64,000 bases of DNA from Alphaproteobacteria bacterium (GTDB taxonomy: Bacteria; Pseudomonadota; Alphaproteobacteria; SP197). Below are positions 33,878 to 44,373 of this stretch, piece after piece (the stretch's first letter is position 1; each line of letters opens with the position of its first letter). The notes beneath the pieces were generated by a model. The model was not told the DNA's origin. It saw nothing but the letters and a program-made list of their open reading frames with translations, and searched no databases. Location of the stretch: positions 2,944,001 to 3,008,000 of the forward strand of contig OZ219747.1 of assembly GCA_964291265.2 (NCBI GenBank), read 5' to 3'. The translations under genes were made by a program, and so were the position numbers.

Positions 33878-34444
33878 ATGACGACACGATCGGCGCATCG
33901 CCTTCAACCGCTCGCTCCGCAGGCATGGGATCCTGCTCTTGTCGATGTTCGGCGCGGGATCGGGCAGCCTCTCAACATTCACGGGGTCATTGCCCGCCAT
34001 CCGGAACTTATGGTGAGCTACGCGCCATTGCGCGAACATGTCGTGACGTCGTCTTCGCTTGATGCCGGGGAGAGGGAACTCGTCATCCTGCGAGTGGCCC
34101 ACCGCACCGCGTGCGACTACGAGTGGCGTCACCACGTGGCGCGCGGCCGCAGGGCCGGCCTCGACGATGACTGCATTGCCCGCGTACGGGAGGGAAGCGA
34201 GGCGTCTGGCTGGTCAAGGAAGGAATCGCTTCTGCTGCGCGCCGTCGACGACATGCTCGATGCCAGCGAGATCGGACCGGAGACCCTGGGCGCGCTGGAG
34301 GGCGTTTTCGGCGACAGGCAGATTCTGGACATTGTCTTCACCGTTGGCGTCTACTTCATCATGTCGACGCTCCTCAAGACCACGCGTGTTCCGCTCGAAG
34401 TCGAATTCGATGACGATACGAGTCTGGCGCCCGGCGCCGGCTGA
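33878..34444 (+). CDS. Carboxymuconolactone decarboxylase/AhpD-family protein
   Basis: ERELVILRVAHRTACDYEWRHH. Confidence 0.85.
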   Translation: MTTRSAHRLQPLAPQAWDPALVDVRRGIGQPLNIHGVIARHPELMVSYAPLREHVVTSSSLDAGERELVILRVAHRTACDYEWRHHVARGRRAGLDDDCIARVREGSEASGWSRKESLLLRAVDDMLDASEIGPETLGALEGVFGDRQILDIVFTVGVYFIMSTLLKTTRVPLEVEFDDDTSLAPGAG

Positions 34445-34539
34445 CCGTCCGGTGCGCCGTCTTGCGATCCGGCGCCCGCCTGTGCCATGACAATGGCCTG
34501 ATTGACCAGGGACGGGAACGGGCCTGTGACAACCTGTCG

Positions 34540-35553
34540 ATGGAAGACATGAAGGGGGCATGCTCCCCCTATCTGCTGTTTCTGGGTGACGCTCGGGACG
34601 ATTTGTCGATCAAGGGAGCAACCGGAGTGAGGATCTGGCGCCCCGAGAAGGCGAGAGCACAGATCCGGCTTGCCGGTTGCAGTCAGGATCTCGGATTGCC
34701 AGACATGACGGCCCGCGAGGCGGCAGACGCTGGATGCCGGACGATGCTGGTGGGCGTCGCCAATGCGGGTGGGTTCATTCCCGATCACTGGAGCGCCACG
34801 ATCATCGAGGCCCTCGAGGCAGGACTTGACGTCATGGCCGGCATGCACACGCGCCTGGCGGACATTCCGGCCATTGCCGAGGCCGCACGACGTCACGGAC
34901 GAACGCTCCATGATGTGCGCCAGGGCACCAGGGAGTTCTCGGTCGGCAAGGGCACCCCGCGAAGCGGAAGACGACTTCTCACCGTCGGCACGGACAGTTC
35001 CCTGGGCAAGATGTTCACGTCCCTTGCCATCGAACGCGAGATGCACGAACGCGGCATGAGGGCGACCTTCAGGGCTACAGGACAGTCCGGAATATTCATC
35101 GCCGGAAGCGGTATCGCCGTCGACGGAGTGGTGGCCGATTTCATTTCCGGGGCCGTGGAGTGGCTTGCGCCGGCGAACGATTCCGATCACTGGGATATCA
35201 TCGAGGGTCAGGGATCGCTCTTCCACCCCTCCTTTGCCGGGGTGAGCCTCGGCCTTCTTCACGGCGCCCAGGCGGAAGCCCTCGTCATGTGTCACGAACC
35301 CGTGCGCGCTCATATGCGCGGTCTTCCCGGACAACCCCTTCCGCCGCTCCGGCACTGTATCGAGACGAATGAGCGGATGGCCAGACTGACGTCCCCTCAT
35401 GCCCGCGTTGTCGCCATCTCCATCAATACCTCCGCACTCGGAGAGCAAGAGGCGCTTCGCGAGATCGCGACGACTGCCGCCGAACACGGCCTGCCGTGCG
35501 GCGATCCGGTGCGGCATGGCGCCTCGTTCATTGTCGATGCCCTGGCGCCATGA
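34540..35553 (+). CDS. dgcN: DUF1611 protein, D-glutamate N-acetyltransferase DgcN-like
   Basis: PYLLFLGD, LLTVGTDSSLGKMFT, FRATGQSGI, EGQGSLFHPS, GLLHGAQ; adjacent to the epimerase gene. Confidence 0.85.
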   Translation: MEDMKGACSPYLLFLGDARDDLSIKGATGVRIWRPEKARAQIRLAGCSQDLGLPDMTAREAADAGCRTMLVGVANAGGFIPDHWSATIIEALEAGLDVMAGMHTRLADIPAIAEAARRHGRTLHDVRQGTREFSVGKGTPRSGRRLLTVGTDSSLGKMFTSLAIEREMHERGMRATFRATGQSGIFIAGSGIAVDGVVADFISGAVEWLAPANDSDHWDIIEGQGSLFHPSFAGVSLGLLHGAQAEALVMCHEPVRAHMRGLPGQPLPPLRHCIETNERMARLTSPHARVVAISINTSALGEQEALREIATTAAEHGLPCGDPVRHGASFIVDALAP

Positions 35554-36581
35554 CATGTCCGGGCCATCGGCGAACCGTCAGCGCACGCCGCGAGACGTGG
35601 CCGCTGGCCCGCCCCTTCAGGATTGCGCGAGGGGCGAAGAGCGAGGCCCGCGTCATCGTCGTCGAAATCGGGCAGGATGGCATGAGCGGCAGGGGCGAGT
35701 GTGTTCCCTACGCACGCTACGGCGAAACCACGGAGTCGGTGCTCCAGGACATCTCCCTTCTGACGGAGGCGGTGAAGGGAGGCGCTCGCCGACACGGTCT
35801 GCAGGGACGAGGAGCGGCCCGCAATGCGATCGATTGTGCCTTGTGGGATCTCGAGGCGCGGCTCGCCGGCCAGACTGTCTGGCGGTACGCCGGCCTGCGT
35901 GAGCCTTCATCTCTCGTCACCGCCTGGACCATTGGAATCGATTCTCCGGAAGCCATGAAGAGGGCCGCCGCCGACAACCGGACGCGGCCGCTTCTCAAGG
36001 TCAAGCTCGACGGTGAGCGCGTCATGGAGAGGATGCGAGCCGTCCGCGAAGGCGCTCCCGGGGCTCGTCTCGTGATCGACGCCAACGAGGCCTGGACCAT
36101 GGACCAGCTCCTCGCTCTCGCTGACGACCTCGCGGGTCTCGGTGTCGAGATGATCGAACAGCCCCTGCCCGTGGGGAAGGATGAGGCGCTGGCCGGTTTC
36201 AGGTCCCCGCTCGTCCTGTGTGCCGACGAGTCCTGCCATACCGCAGCCGATGTCGACCGGCTGGCGGGCTGCTACGACATGGTGAACATCAAGCTCGACA
36301 AGGCAGGCGGCCTGACCGGCGCCCTGGCGCTGCGCCAGGCGGCTCGCCATTGCGGACTGCGTGTCATGGTGGGCTGCATGGTGAGCACCTCGCTGGCCAT
36401 GGCGCCGGCGATGCTGGTTGCCCAAGGCGCTGACATCGTCGACCTCGACGGCCCGTTGATGCTTCGCATCGATCGTGAAGGCGGTATCCACTACGATGGA
36501 AGCGTCATGCATCCGCCTCACGTCTCCCTGTGGGGAGGAGGCGAGATCGCCGGACCGGGGACGCATGACGCGGCCCGGTAG
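35550..36581 (+). CDS. dgcA: Enolase-superfamily N-acetyl-D-Glu racemase / L-Ala-D/L-Glu epimerase
   Basis: PFRIARG, GECVPYARYGE, KVK, DANEAW, EQP, ADES, NIKLDKAGG, DLDG. Confidence 0.85.
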   Translation: MTCPGHRRTVSARRETWPLARPFRIARGAKSEARVIVVEIGQDGMSGRGECVPYARYGETTESVLQDISLLTEAVKGGARRHGLQGRGAARNAIDCALWDLEARLAGQTVWRYAGLREPSSLVTAWTIGIDSPEAMKRAAADNRTRPLLKVKLDGERVMERMRAVREGAPGARLVIDANEAWTMDQLLALADDLAGLGVEMIEQPLPVGKDEALAGFRSPLVLCADESCHTAADVDRLAGCYDMVNIKLDKAGGLTGALALRQAARHCGLRVMVGCMVSTSLAMAPAMLVAQGADIVDLDGPLMLRIDREGGIHYDGSVMHPPHVSLWGGGEIAGPGTHDAAR

Positions 36582-37815
36582 TCAGGGGAGAGGAAAACTG
36601 GCGGACATTCACTCAAGGATCACCCAGGCCATCATGGAGCAGTTGCGCAACGGCATCCGGCCTTGGATGCGACCCTGGGAATCGGGGGCGGAAGGCGACT
36701 ACGAGGGTGCCGGTCTGCCCCTGCGCGATACCGGACAGTCCTACAGCGGCATCAACGTTCTCGTCCTGTGGGCTGCGGCCGCTGCCGCCGGCTACCTGAA
36801 ACCGACCTGGATGACCTTCAACCAGGCGAAACGCCACGGTGGACGTGTGAGGAAGGGCGAGAAGGGCCAGTCGGTCGTCTATGCGGACCAGTACACCAGG
36901 AAGACACTCGATCCCGAAACCGGCCAGGAAAACGTGCGCCGTCAGGGTTTCCACAAGACCTTCACGGTGTTCAACGTTGATCAGATCGATGGCCTCGATC
37001 CACGCTGGCACCGCACCTATGCCGAACTCCACCCCGTCAATCGCGATCGGCGGTCCCGGGACCTCGATCGCTTCTTCCTTGATCTGGGCATCGATGTCCG
37101 CCATGGCGGGGATGAGGCCTACTATGTCATGGCGGACGACTACATCCAGATGCCGCCCTACGAGCTCTTCCACGATGCGCAGGCCTACTACACGACCCTG
37201 GCCCATGAATCGGTCCACTGGACGCGTCATGCGAGTCGCCTCAACCGCACGTTCAGGGGCAGTGATCAGGTGCCCTACGCGAAGGAGGAACTGGTCGCGG
37301 AGATCGGCTCTGCCTTCCTCTCGGCCGAACTCGGCATGGCTCCCGTCATCCGGGACGATCATGCCGATTACATCGGCGCCTGGCTGAGAGTTCTCGAGGA
37401 CGACAGCAAGGCAATCTTCCGGGCGGCCAGCCAGGCATCGAAAGCGGTCGCCTGGCTGCTCGATCAGGCCGGCCGACGCGCCGCCGGAGAGTCACGACAT
37501 CTGCCACAAAAGGATGAACCGCCCGTCTCCACATGGGTTCAGGAGAGCTTCTTCCGCAGTGTGGCGGAGAACGGTCGCGGCTGGATCCTGCGACCCATGA
37601 GCCTTCGGTTGTCGGAGGCGATGGGAACGACCTTTCCGATCATTGCCATTGGCACCCGGGTCGAGAAGGAGATTGGCGACCGAGCCTGCGAGACGGGCGA
37701 GATTGTCGCCCTTGATGGCGACGATGCCATCGTTCACTGGCACACTGGTGAACGCACGGAGCGGATGGCGCGGGCTGTCCTGCCCGACCTCGTCGTGGCC
37801 GACGGGGAACCGTGA
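36565..37815 (+). CDS. ardC: ArdC-family ssDNA-binding antirestriction protein with C-terminal extension
   Basis: PWMRPW, YSGINVLVL, WMTFNQA, VRKGEKG, VFNVDQIDGL, zincin HESVH, YAKEELVAEIGSAFL, HADYIGAWL, IFRAASQA. Confidence 0.9.
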   Translation: MTRPGSQGRGKLADIHSRITQAIMEQLRNGIRPWMRPWESGAEGDYEGAGLPLRDTGQSYSGINVLVLWAAAAAAGYLKPTWMTFNQAKRHGGRVRKGEKGQSVVYADQYTRKTLDPETGQENVRRQGFHKTFTVFNVDQIDGLDPRWHRTYAELHPVNRDRRSRDLDRFFLDLGIDVRHGGDEAYYVMADDYIQMPPYELFHDAQAYYTTLAHESVHWTRHASRLNRTFRGSDQVPYAKEELVAEIGSAFLSAELGMAPVIRDDHADYIGAWLRVLEDDSKAIFRAASQASKAVAWLLDQAGRRAAGESRHLPQKDEPPVSTWVQESFFRSVAENGRGWILRPMSLRLSEAMGTTFPIIAIGTRVEKEIGDRACETGEIVALDGDDAIVHWHTGERTERMARAVLPDLVVADGEP

Positions 37816-37857
37816 GGCGAGCCGCTCCGGGGGGCGTTCGTTCGACGGAAGACGGCG

Positions 37858-40800
37858 ATGACATTCGTGCTCGATGAGAGGGAGGCTGGCACCGCTTCTG
37901 TCCGCCTCGACGCCACGTCCGACGAGACTCGGCGTGTCGCCGAGCTCATGGCCGAGGTCCGCCTCGAGGCCAGGGATGAACGCGCCGTCAGGAAACGTGC
38001 CATCGAACTCGTGACTCACGTGAGGGCCAACAGGCGCCACGTCGGCGGCATCGACGCCTTCATGCACGAATACGATCTTTCCAGTCATGAAGGCGTGGCC
38101 ATCATGTGCCTCGCCGAGGCCCTGCTGCGGATTCCCGACGCCTCCACGGCGCTGCTGTTCATTCAGGACAAGATCGGCGATGCGGACTGGGAACGGCATC
38201 TGGGTGACAGCGAGTCGCTGTTCGTCAACGCTTCGACGTGGGGACTGATGCTCACCGGGCGCCTCGTCAACCTGGATCCCGAGTGGACGGGGAATGCGCG
38301 CAGCACGGTCTCCCGCTTTGTCAGCCGCCTCGGTGAACCCGTCGTCCGGGAGGCCTTTCTCCACGCCATGCGCATTGTCGGCCGGCAGTTCGTCATGGGT
38401 CGCGACATGAATGAGGCCCTGGCCAACGCGAACGAGGATGTGGCGCACGGCTACACGCATTCCTTCGACATGCTGGGGGAGGCGGCCTGCACCATGGCGG
38501 ATGCCGATCGCTACCTGGAACACTACCGCCATGCCATCGAGCGGGTTGGGGAAGCTCGATGGAACCAGCCTCCGCGGCGCCGCGCCAGCGTCTCCGTCAA
38601 GTTGTCGGCGCTCCACCCTCGCTACGAGATGGCCCAGCGCTCCCGTGTTCTGAGTGAACTTGCGCCACGCCTTGTCACGCTTGGCCGCCTTGCTCGCGAT
38701 CGTGGCATCGACCTCACCGTCGACGCCGAGGAGGCGGACCGACTCGAACTCTCGCTGGATGTCCTGGCCGTGGCAGCCCGCGCCCTCGCAGGCTGGAACG
38801 GTCTGGGTCTGGCGGTGCAGGCCTACCAGAAGCGAGCGGTGGCGGTGATCGACTGGCTGGCCTGCCTGGCCACGGACACAAGCCGCAGGATTCCCGTGCG
38901 CCTGGTCAAGGGCGCCTACTGGGATAGCGAGATCAAGCGGGCCCAGGAGCTCGGCCTCGAGCACTTTCCCGTCTTCACGCGCAAGGCATCGACGGACGTT
39001 TCCTACATCGCCTGTGCCAGGAGACTTCTGGCCCGGCCGGATCTCTTCTTTCCTCAGTTCGCCACGCACAACGCCCAGACCATCGCCACCATTCTCGTTC
39101 TGGCCGGCGGCCGGCGCGACGTCGAGTTCCAGCGCCTTCACGGCATGGGTCAGGAGGTCTACCGGACCCTGGTCGGAAGGGGTGGTGACGGCGTGGCCTG
39201 CCGCATCTACGCACCCGTCGGGAGTCATGACGATCTCCTGCCCTATCTCGTTCGCCGGTTGCTTGAGAACGGCGCCAACACCTCGTTCGTGAATCGCCTC
39301 GTCGATGACAGCCTTCCCATCGAAGAACTGGTGAAGGACCCGGTCACGGTGTTGCGGCAGGCCGATACCGTGGTGCATCCGGCCATCCTGCCGCCACCTT
39401 GCCTCTATGGCCGGGAGAGAAGAAACGCGCGGGGATTCGATCTCACCAGGGCGGCGGTTCTCCACCGGCTCGCCCGTGACATGGACCGGGCCGCTGCAGA
39501 CCTGCCCTGGGCGGTCGACACGTCGTGCAACGGCAGGGAGCTGACGATCATCAGTCCGGCAGACCGGCGCCGGACGGTCGGGAGCATCAGGGAGGCAAGC
39601 GAGAGTGACCTCCTTGCAGCACTGTCCGCAGCCCGGGATGCGGCCCCCGACTGGAGTGCCACTCCCGTCGACAGCCGCGCCTCCTGCCTGGAAAGTGCGG
39701 CCCACTTCCTCGAAAGGGACTGTGCCCGGCTGATGGCGACGGCCGTTCTGGAGGGTGGAAAGACGATCAGCGATGCGTGCGCGGAGGTGCGCGAGGCGGT
39801 CGACTTCCTCAGGTACTATGCCATGCGGGCGCGCGCGGAATTCGCCGGCGCGAGCGAGCTTCCAGGGCCCACCGGCGAGTCCAATCGCATCAGTCTTCAC
39901 GGGCGTGGCGTATTTGCCTGCATTTCCCCCTGGAACTTTCCCCTTGCCATCTTCTGTGGTCAGGTGGCAGCGGCCCTGGCGGCGGGAAATGCGGTGATCG
40001 CCAAGCCGGCCGAACAGACGCCTCTCATGGCCGCGCACGCTGTCCACCTCCTTCATGAGGCCGGCATTCCCGAAGACGTGCTGTCGTTGATTCCCGGTGA
40101 CGGCGCTACCGGCGCTGCGCTCGTCGGCGACCCCCGTATCGACGGTGTGGCCTTCACCGGATCGACCGCCACCGCGCGACGCATCAACCTTGCCCTTGCC
40201 GGTCGGAGCGGCGCCATCGTGCCCCTGATCGCCGAGACCGGGGGACAGAATGCCATGATCGTCGATTCGACGGCACTGCCCGAGCAGGTGACATTCGATG
40301 TCATCCGTTCAGGCATCACCAGCGCCGGTCAGCGCTGTTCGGCCCTGCGCGTGCTCTGTCTGCAGGAAGAGATCGCCGACCGGGTGATCACGATGTTGTC
40401 GGGCGCCATGGCGGAACTGAAGGTCGGCGATCCCGCTCTCATCAGCACCGACGTCGGCCCCGTGATCGACGATGAAGCGCTGGCCGGGCTCGAGTCCCAT
40501 CTTGCCGGAATGGAATCGGCTGGCCGCATTCTCTTTCGCTCTCCCCTTGACCCGGACCTCGTCCGACACGGCACGTTTCTGGCCCCCGCGCTCGTGGAGA
40601 TTCCCGGCATCGATCTCCTCGAGCGCGAGGTGTTCGGCCCGGTGATCCACGTGGTGCGCTTTTCCAGGGACAGGCTCCACGAGGTGCTCGACGCCATCGT
40701 TGCCACCGGCTTCGGCCTGACACTCGGAATCCACACCCGCATCGAGTCGCGCGCAAGGTGGATTGCCGGGCGCATGCCGATCGGCAACATCTACGTGAAC

Positions 40801-40980
40801 CGCAACATGATCGGTGCCGTGGTGGGAAGCCAGCCCTTCGGTGGCGAGCGTCTTTCGGGCACAGGTCCGAAGGCCGGCGGCCCCCGCTACCTTCACCGGT
40901 TCGCGACGGAGCGGGTCGTGTCGACCGACACGACCGCCGGAGGAGGCAACGCCACGCTCATGTCTCTGGGAGAAGCCTGA
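37858..40980 (+). CDS. putA: Bifunctional proline dehydrogenase / P5C dehydrogenase
   Basis: LAEALLRIPD, SFDMLGEAA, RLVKGAYWDSEIK, FATHNA, ISPWNFP, ETGGQNA, SAGQRCSALR. Confidence 0.97.
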   Translation: MTFVLDEREAGTASVRLDATSDETRRVAELMAEVRLEARDERAVRKRAIELVTHVRANRRHVGGIDAFMHEYDLSSHEGVAIMCLAEALLRIPDASTALLFIQDKIGDADWERHLGDSESLFVNASTWGLMLTGRLVNLDPEWTGNARSTVSRFVSRLGEPVVREAFLHAMRIVGRQFVMGRDMNEALANANEDVAHGYTHSFDMLGEAACTMADADRYLEHYRHAIERVGEARWNQPPRRRASVSVKLSALHPRYEMAQRSRVLSELAPRLVTLGRLARDRGIDLTVDAEEADRLELSLDVLAVAARALAGWNGLGLAVQAYQKRAVAVIDWLACLATDTSRRIPVRLVKGAYWDSEIKRAQELGLEHFPVFTRKASTDVSYIACARRLLARPDLFFPQFATHNAQTIATILVLAGGRRDVEFQRLHGMGQEVYRTLVGRGGDGVACRIYAPVGSHDDLLPYLVRRLLENGANTSFVNRLVDDSLPIEELVKDPVTVLRQADTVVHPAILPPPCLYGRERRNARGFDLTRAAVLHRLARDMDRAAADLPWAVDTSCNGRELTIISPADRRRTVGSIREASESDLLAALSAARDAAPDWSATPVDSRASCLESAAHFLERDCARLMATAVLEGGKTISDACAEVREAVDFLRYYAMRARAEFAGASELPGPTGESNRISLHGRGVFACISPWNFPLAIFCGQVAAALAAGNAVIAKPAEQTPLMAAHAVHLLHEAGIPEDVLSLIPGDGATGAALVGDPRIDGVAFTGSTATARRINLALAGRSGAIVPLIAETGGQNAMIVDSTALPEQVTFDVIRSGITSAGQRCSALRVLCLQEEIADRVITMLSGAMAELKVGDPALISTDVGPVIDDEALAGLESHLAGMESAGRILFRSPLDPDLVRHGTFLAPALVEIPGIDLLEREVFGPVIHVVRFSRDRLHEVLDAIVATGFGLTLGIHTRIESRARWIAGRMPIGNIYVNRNMIGAVVGSQPFGGERLSGTGPKAGGPRYLHRFATERVVSTDTTAGGGNATLMSLGEA

Positions 40981-41189
40981 TCGGGCATGTGTTCGGACAT
41001 CAACATGAAAGGACCGTTGCCCTGGCTGCGTGACGTGATGGCGCTGCCTGTGTTTGGAGAGGCTCAGGTCCATGAAGGCAGGCGGGTGCCCGGGTCGCCG
41101 TCAACGGCAGTTCCGAGGACACCACCCGTGACGCCATCAGGGGGCTCGATGCCGCAGACCGTGTTGTCGCCGCAGCGGGATCGATGGCC

Positions 41190-41781
41190 AGCGTACCGGG
41201 TTGCGGGGCGATCGTGGAGGCCGCCGCGGGAGGACTCGGTGGCCTCGATGTGCTTGTCAACCATGCCGGGAGGGGCGGCGGCGCGATCGGGGAATTCACG
41301 AAGGAGTTGTTGTTGACGGCAACATCGACACCAACCTCAAGGGCACGTTCTCCACAACCACCCAGACCTCGGTCCCGCGCCTGCGCCGCACCGGATGCAG
41401 CATCGTCAATTTCGCGTCGGTGAATGACATGACCGGCGTCGTGCGGAGCACCGCCCATGGGCCCTCGAAGGCCGGAGTCATCGACATGATCATCATGACC
41501 AGGTGTTCATGACCAGGTGTCCGGCGAAGGAGCTCGCACCGGTGTCCGGGTGAATGCGGTTGCCCGGGAAGAGTCGATACCGACATGCTTGCAGGAGCTT
41601 GCCGTGCGTATCGCCGACAATGTCGGGGACGGGTATCGGCTCATCGCCAGGGATTGTCTGTCCGCAACGGCGCATGGCGAGGACCGCCGTGCTCGCCGGA
41701 CCGGTGCTGTTCCTCGCCAGCGATGCGACAACCTTTGCGACGGGGACGATCGTGGACATCGACGGTGACGGGACCGCATGA
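41190..41781 (+). pseudogene. Degraded short-chain dehydrogenase (SDR)
   Basis: SDR motifs spread over several frames: GGLDVLVNHAG, NLKGTF, SIVNFAS, HGPSKAG (catalytic Tyr lost), GVRVNAVA, LFLASD...ATGTIVDIDG. Confidence 0.8.
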
Positions 41782-41787
41782 TCGATC

Positions 41788-41815
41788 TTGACACGCCAGT
41801 GTGATCGAATACCGT
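41788..41815 (+). promoter_or_regulatory. Possible sigma70 promoter for ccoN
   Basis: TTGACA-N16-TACCGT ending 40 bp upstream of the ATG. Confidence 0.4.
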
Positions 41816-41855
41816 TGAACGGCCCGTCGGCTTCATACGGACCCTGGCAGGTTCC

Positions 41856-43478
41856 ATGTGGTATGTGTTTCGCGTCGCAGCACTGAGTCTCGCGGCTCTC
41901 CTTGCCGTTGCCATGGCGGCACTGGGCACCGATGCGGGATTCCGGGCCCATGCCTGGGTCCTGGCTTTCGCTCTCGGTCTCGCCATCATCATCGTGTTGC
42001 GGACGATTCCCTTTGGCGGGGCAGTCGCCGCACCGGAGACCGGCTACCTCAATTCAGTGGTGCGTTGCGGTGTCATGGCCACCGTGTTCTGGGCCCTGGC
42101 CGGACTGCTGGTCGGCGTGGTGATCGCGGCACAACTGGCCTGGCCCGATCTCAACGTGGCGCCGTGGTTCACGTTCGGCCGCCTGCGGCCACTGCACACA
42201 TCGGCAGTGATCTTCGCCTTCGGCGGCAATGCGCTGATCGCCACGAGCTTCCATGTGGTGCAGCGGACCTGCCGGGCCCGGCTTGCCTTTGCCCCTCTCG
42301 CATGGTTCGTGTTCTGGGGCTACCAGCTCTTCATCGTCCTGGCAGCCACCGGCTACCTGTTCGGCATCACGCAATCCAAGGAGTACGCGGAACCCGAATG
42401 GTACGTGGACCTGTGGCTCACGGCTGTCTGGGTGGCCTATCTGGCGGTTTTTCTTGGAACAATCATGCGCCGCAAGGAACCGCACATCTATGTCGCCAAC
42501 TGGTTCTACCTGTCGTTCATTGTGACCGTGGCGATGCTTCATGTGGTCAACAACCTGGCACTGCCGGTCTCGTTTCTGGGCGCCAAGAGCTACGGCATCC
42601 ATGCCGGGGTCCAGGATGCCCTGACCCAGTGGTGGTACGGACACAATGCGGTCGGTTTCTTCCTGACCGCCGGTTTCCTCGGCATGATGTACTACTTCGT
42701 GCCCAAGCAGGCCAACCGGCCTGTCTACTCCTACCGCCTGTCGATCGTGCATTTCTGGTCACTCATTTTCCTCTACATCTGGGCCGGACCCCATCACCTC
42801 CACTACACGGCGCTTCCCGACTGGGCACAGACCCTCGGCATGGTCTTCTCGGTGATGCTGTGGATGCCGTCATGGGGTGGCATGATCAACGGACTGATGA
42901 CGCTGTCAGGCGCCTGGGACAAGATCAGGACCGATCCCATCATCCGCATGATGGTCCTTGCCCTGGCGTTCTACGGCATGGCGACATTCGAGGGGCCCGT
43001 CATGTCGATCAAGGCGGTGAACTCGCTCAGCCACTACACCGACTGGACGATCGGCCATGTCCATTCCGGAGCCCTGGGATGGGTCGGCATGATCTCCTTC
43101 GCCGCTCTCTACTTCATGGTGCCACGCCTGTGGGGGAGGGAGAGGCTCTACAGCCTGCGCATGATCAACTGGCATTTCTGGCTGGCCACCGCCGGGATTG
43201 TCGTCTACGCCGCGGTCATGTGGGTCTCGGGCATCCAGCAGGGGCTGATGTGGCGCGAGTACGACGACCAGGGCTTCCTTGTCTATTCCTTCGCCGAGAC
43301 CGTTTCAGCCATGCATCCCTACTACGTGCTCCGCACCCTGGGCGGGCTTCTCTATCTTGCCGGCGCCGTGATCATGACCTGGAACCTGTGGATGACGATC
43401 CGCGGACGGATACGCGATGAAGCACCCCTTGCGATAGGGACTTCCGGGACGGCCGATATCGCGGTTTCAGCGCGATGA
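41856..43478 (+). CDS. ccoN: cbb3-type cytochrome c oxidase subunit I
   Basis: [44 protein letters not shown]. Confidence 0.98.
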   Translation: MWYVFRVAALSLAALLAVAMAALGTDAGFRAHAWVLAFALGLAIIIVLRTIPFGGAVAAPETGYLNSVVRCGVMATVFWALAGLLVGVVIAAQLAWPDLNVAPWFTFGRLRPLHTSAVIFAFGGNALIATSFHVVQRTCRARLAFAPLAWFVFWGYQLFIVLAATGYLFGITQSKEYAEPEWYVDLWLTAVWVAYLAVFLGTIMRRKEPHIYVANWFYLSFIVTVAMLHVVNNLALPVSFLGAKSYGIHAGVQDALTQWWYGHNAVGFFLTAGFLGMMYYFVPKQANRPVYSYRLSIVHFWSLIFLYIWAGPHHLHYTALPDWAQTLGMVFSVMLWMPSWGGMINGLMTLSGAWDKIRTDPIIRMMVLALAFYGMATFEGPVMSIKAVNSLSHYTDWTIGHVHSGALGWVGMISFAALYFMVPRLWGRERLYSLRMINWHFWLATAGIVVYAAVMWVSGIQQGLMWREYDDQGFLVYSFAETVSAMHPYYVLRTLGGLLYLAGAVIMTWNLWMTIRGRIRDEAPLAIGTSGTADIAVSAR

Positions 43479-44200
43479 AGCTCCGCCACGCCACGCTCGA
43501 ACGCCATGCCCTGTGGTTGCTGGCTGCGAGTTTCCTCGTCGTCACTGTGGGAGGCATCGTCGAGATCGCACCCCTCTTCTATCTCGACAACACCATCGAG
43601 AAGGTGCGGGGCATGCGTCCCTACACGCCGCTGGAGCTGAAAGGGCGCAACATCTATGTGCGCGAGGGCTGCCATGTCTGCCACAGTCAGATGATTCGTC
43701 CGTTTCGCGACGAGGTGGAGCGTTACGGGCACTTTTCCCTGGCTGCGGAATCGATGTGGGATCGTCCCTTCCAGTGGGGATCCAAGCGGACGGGTCCTGA
43801 CCTTGCGCGTACCGGTGGCCGCTATTCGGACGAATGGCACGTGCAGCACATGATCGCACCGCGTTCGATTGTACCGGAGTCGGTGATGCCGGATTATCCA
43901 CACCTTCTCGCCACCGATCTGTTCGTGGATGACGTGGCATCCCATCTTGAGGTCCAGTCGACGCTCGGCGTTCCCTACACCGAGGACATGGTCGCCCATG
44001 CCATGGACGACCTGCTGGCGCAAGGCGATCCGGATCGCGATTTCGATGGGCTCATCGAACGTTACGGGGACGTTGCGGTGCGCGATTTTGATGGTCAGCC
44101 CCGGCGCCTGACGGAGATGGATGCACTGGTTGCCTACATGCAGATGCTGGGAACTCTGGTTGATTTCAGTTCCTTCCGCGCGGAAGACATCGAACGGTAG
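43475..44200 (+). CDS. ccoO: cbb3-type oxidase subunit II
   Basis: [28 protein letters not shown]. Confidence 0.97.
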   Translation: MKLRHATLERHALWLLAASFLVVTVGGIVEIAPLFYLDNTIEKVRGMRPYTPLELKGRNIYVREGCHVCHSQMIRPFRDEVERYGHFSLAAESMWDRPFQWGSKRTGPDLARTGGRYSDEWHVQHMIAPRSIVPESVMPDYPHLLATDLFVDDVASHLEVQSTLGVPYTEDMVAHAMDDLLAQGDPDRDFDGLIERYGDVAVRDFDGQPRRLTEMDALVAYMQMLGTLVDFSSFRAEDIER

Positions 44201-44208
44201 GGACGGCG

Positions 44209-44373
44209 ATGGACTATCAGAGCCTGAGAAGCTTTGCCGACAGCTGGGGGCTCGTCTATCTCGTCGTCGCCTTCGTCGCCGTCGTCCTGTTCATCTACCT
44301 GCGTCCGGGGTCCCGCCGCAGGGCCGAGGAGGCCGCGCACATTCCCCTCTGCGAGGATGACGACAATGAGTGA
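44209..44373 (+). CDS. ccoQ: cbb3-type oxidase subunit 3 (CcoQ), 54 aa, not in the ORF track
   Basis: MDYQSLRSFADSWGLVYL...RPGSRRRAEEAAHIPL. Confidence 0.92.
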   Translation: MDYQSLRSFADSWGLVYLVVAFVAVVLFIYLRPGSRRRAEEAAHIPLCEDDDNE

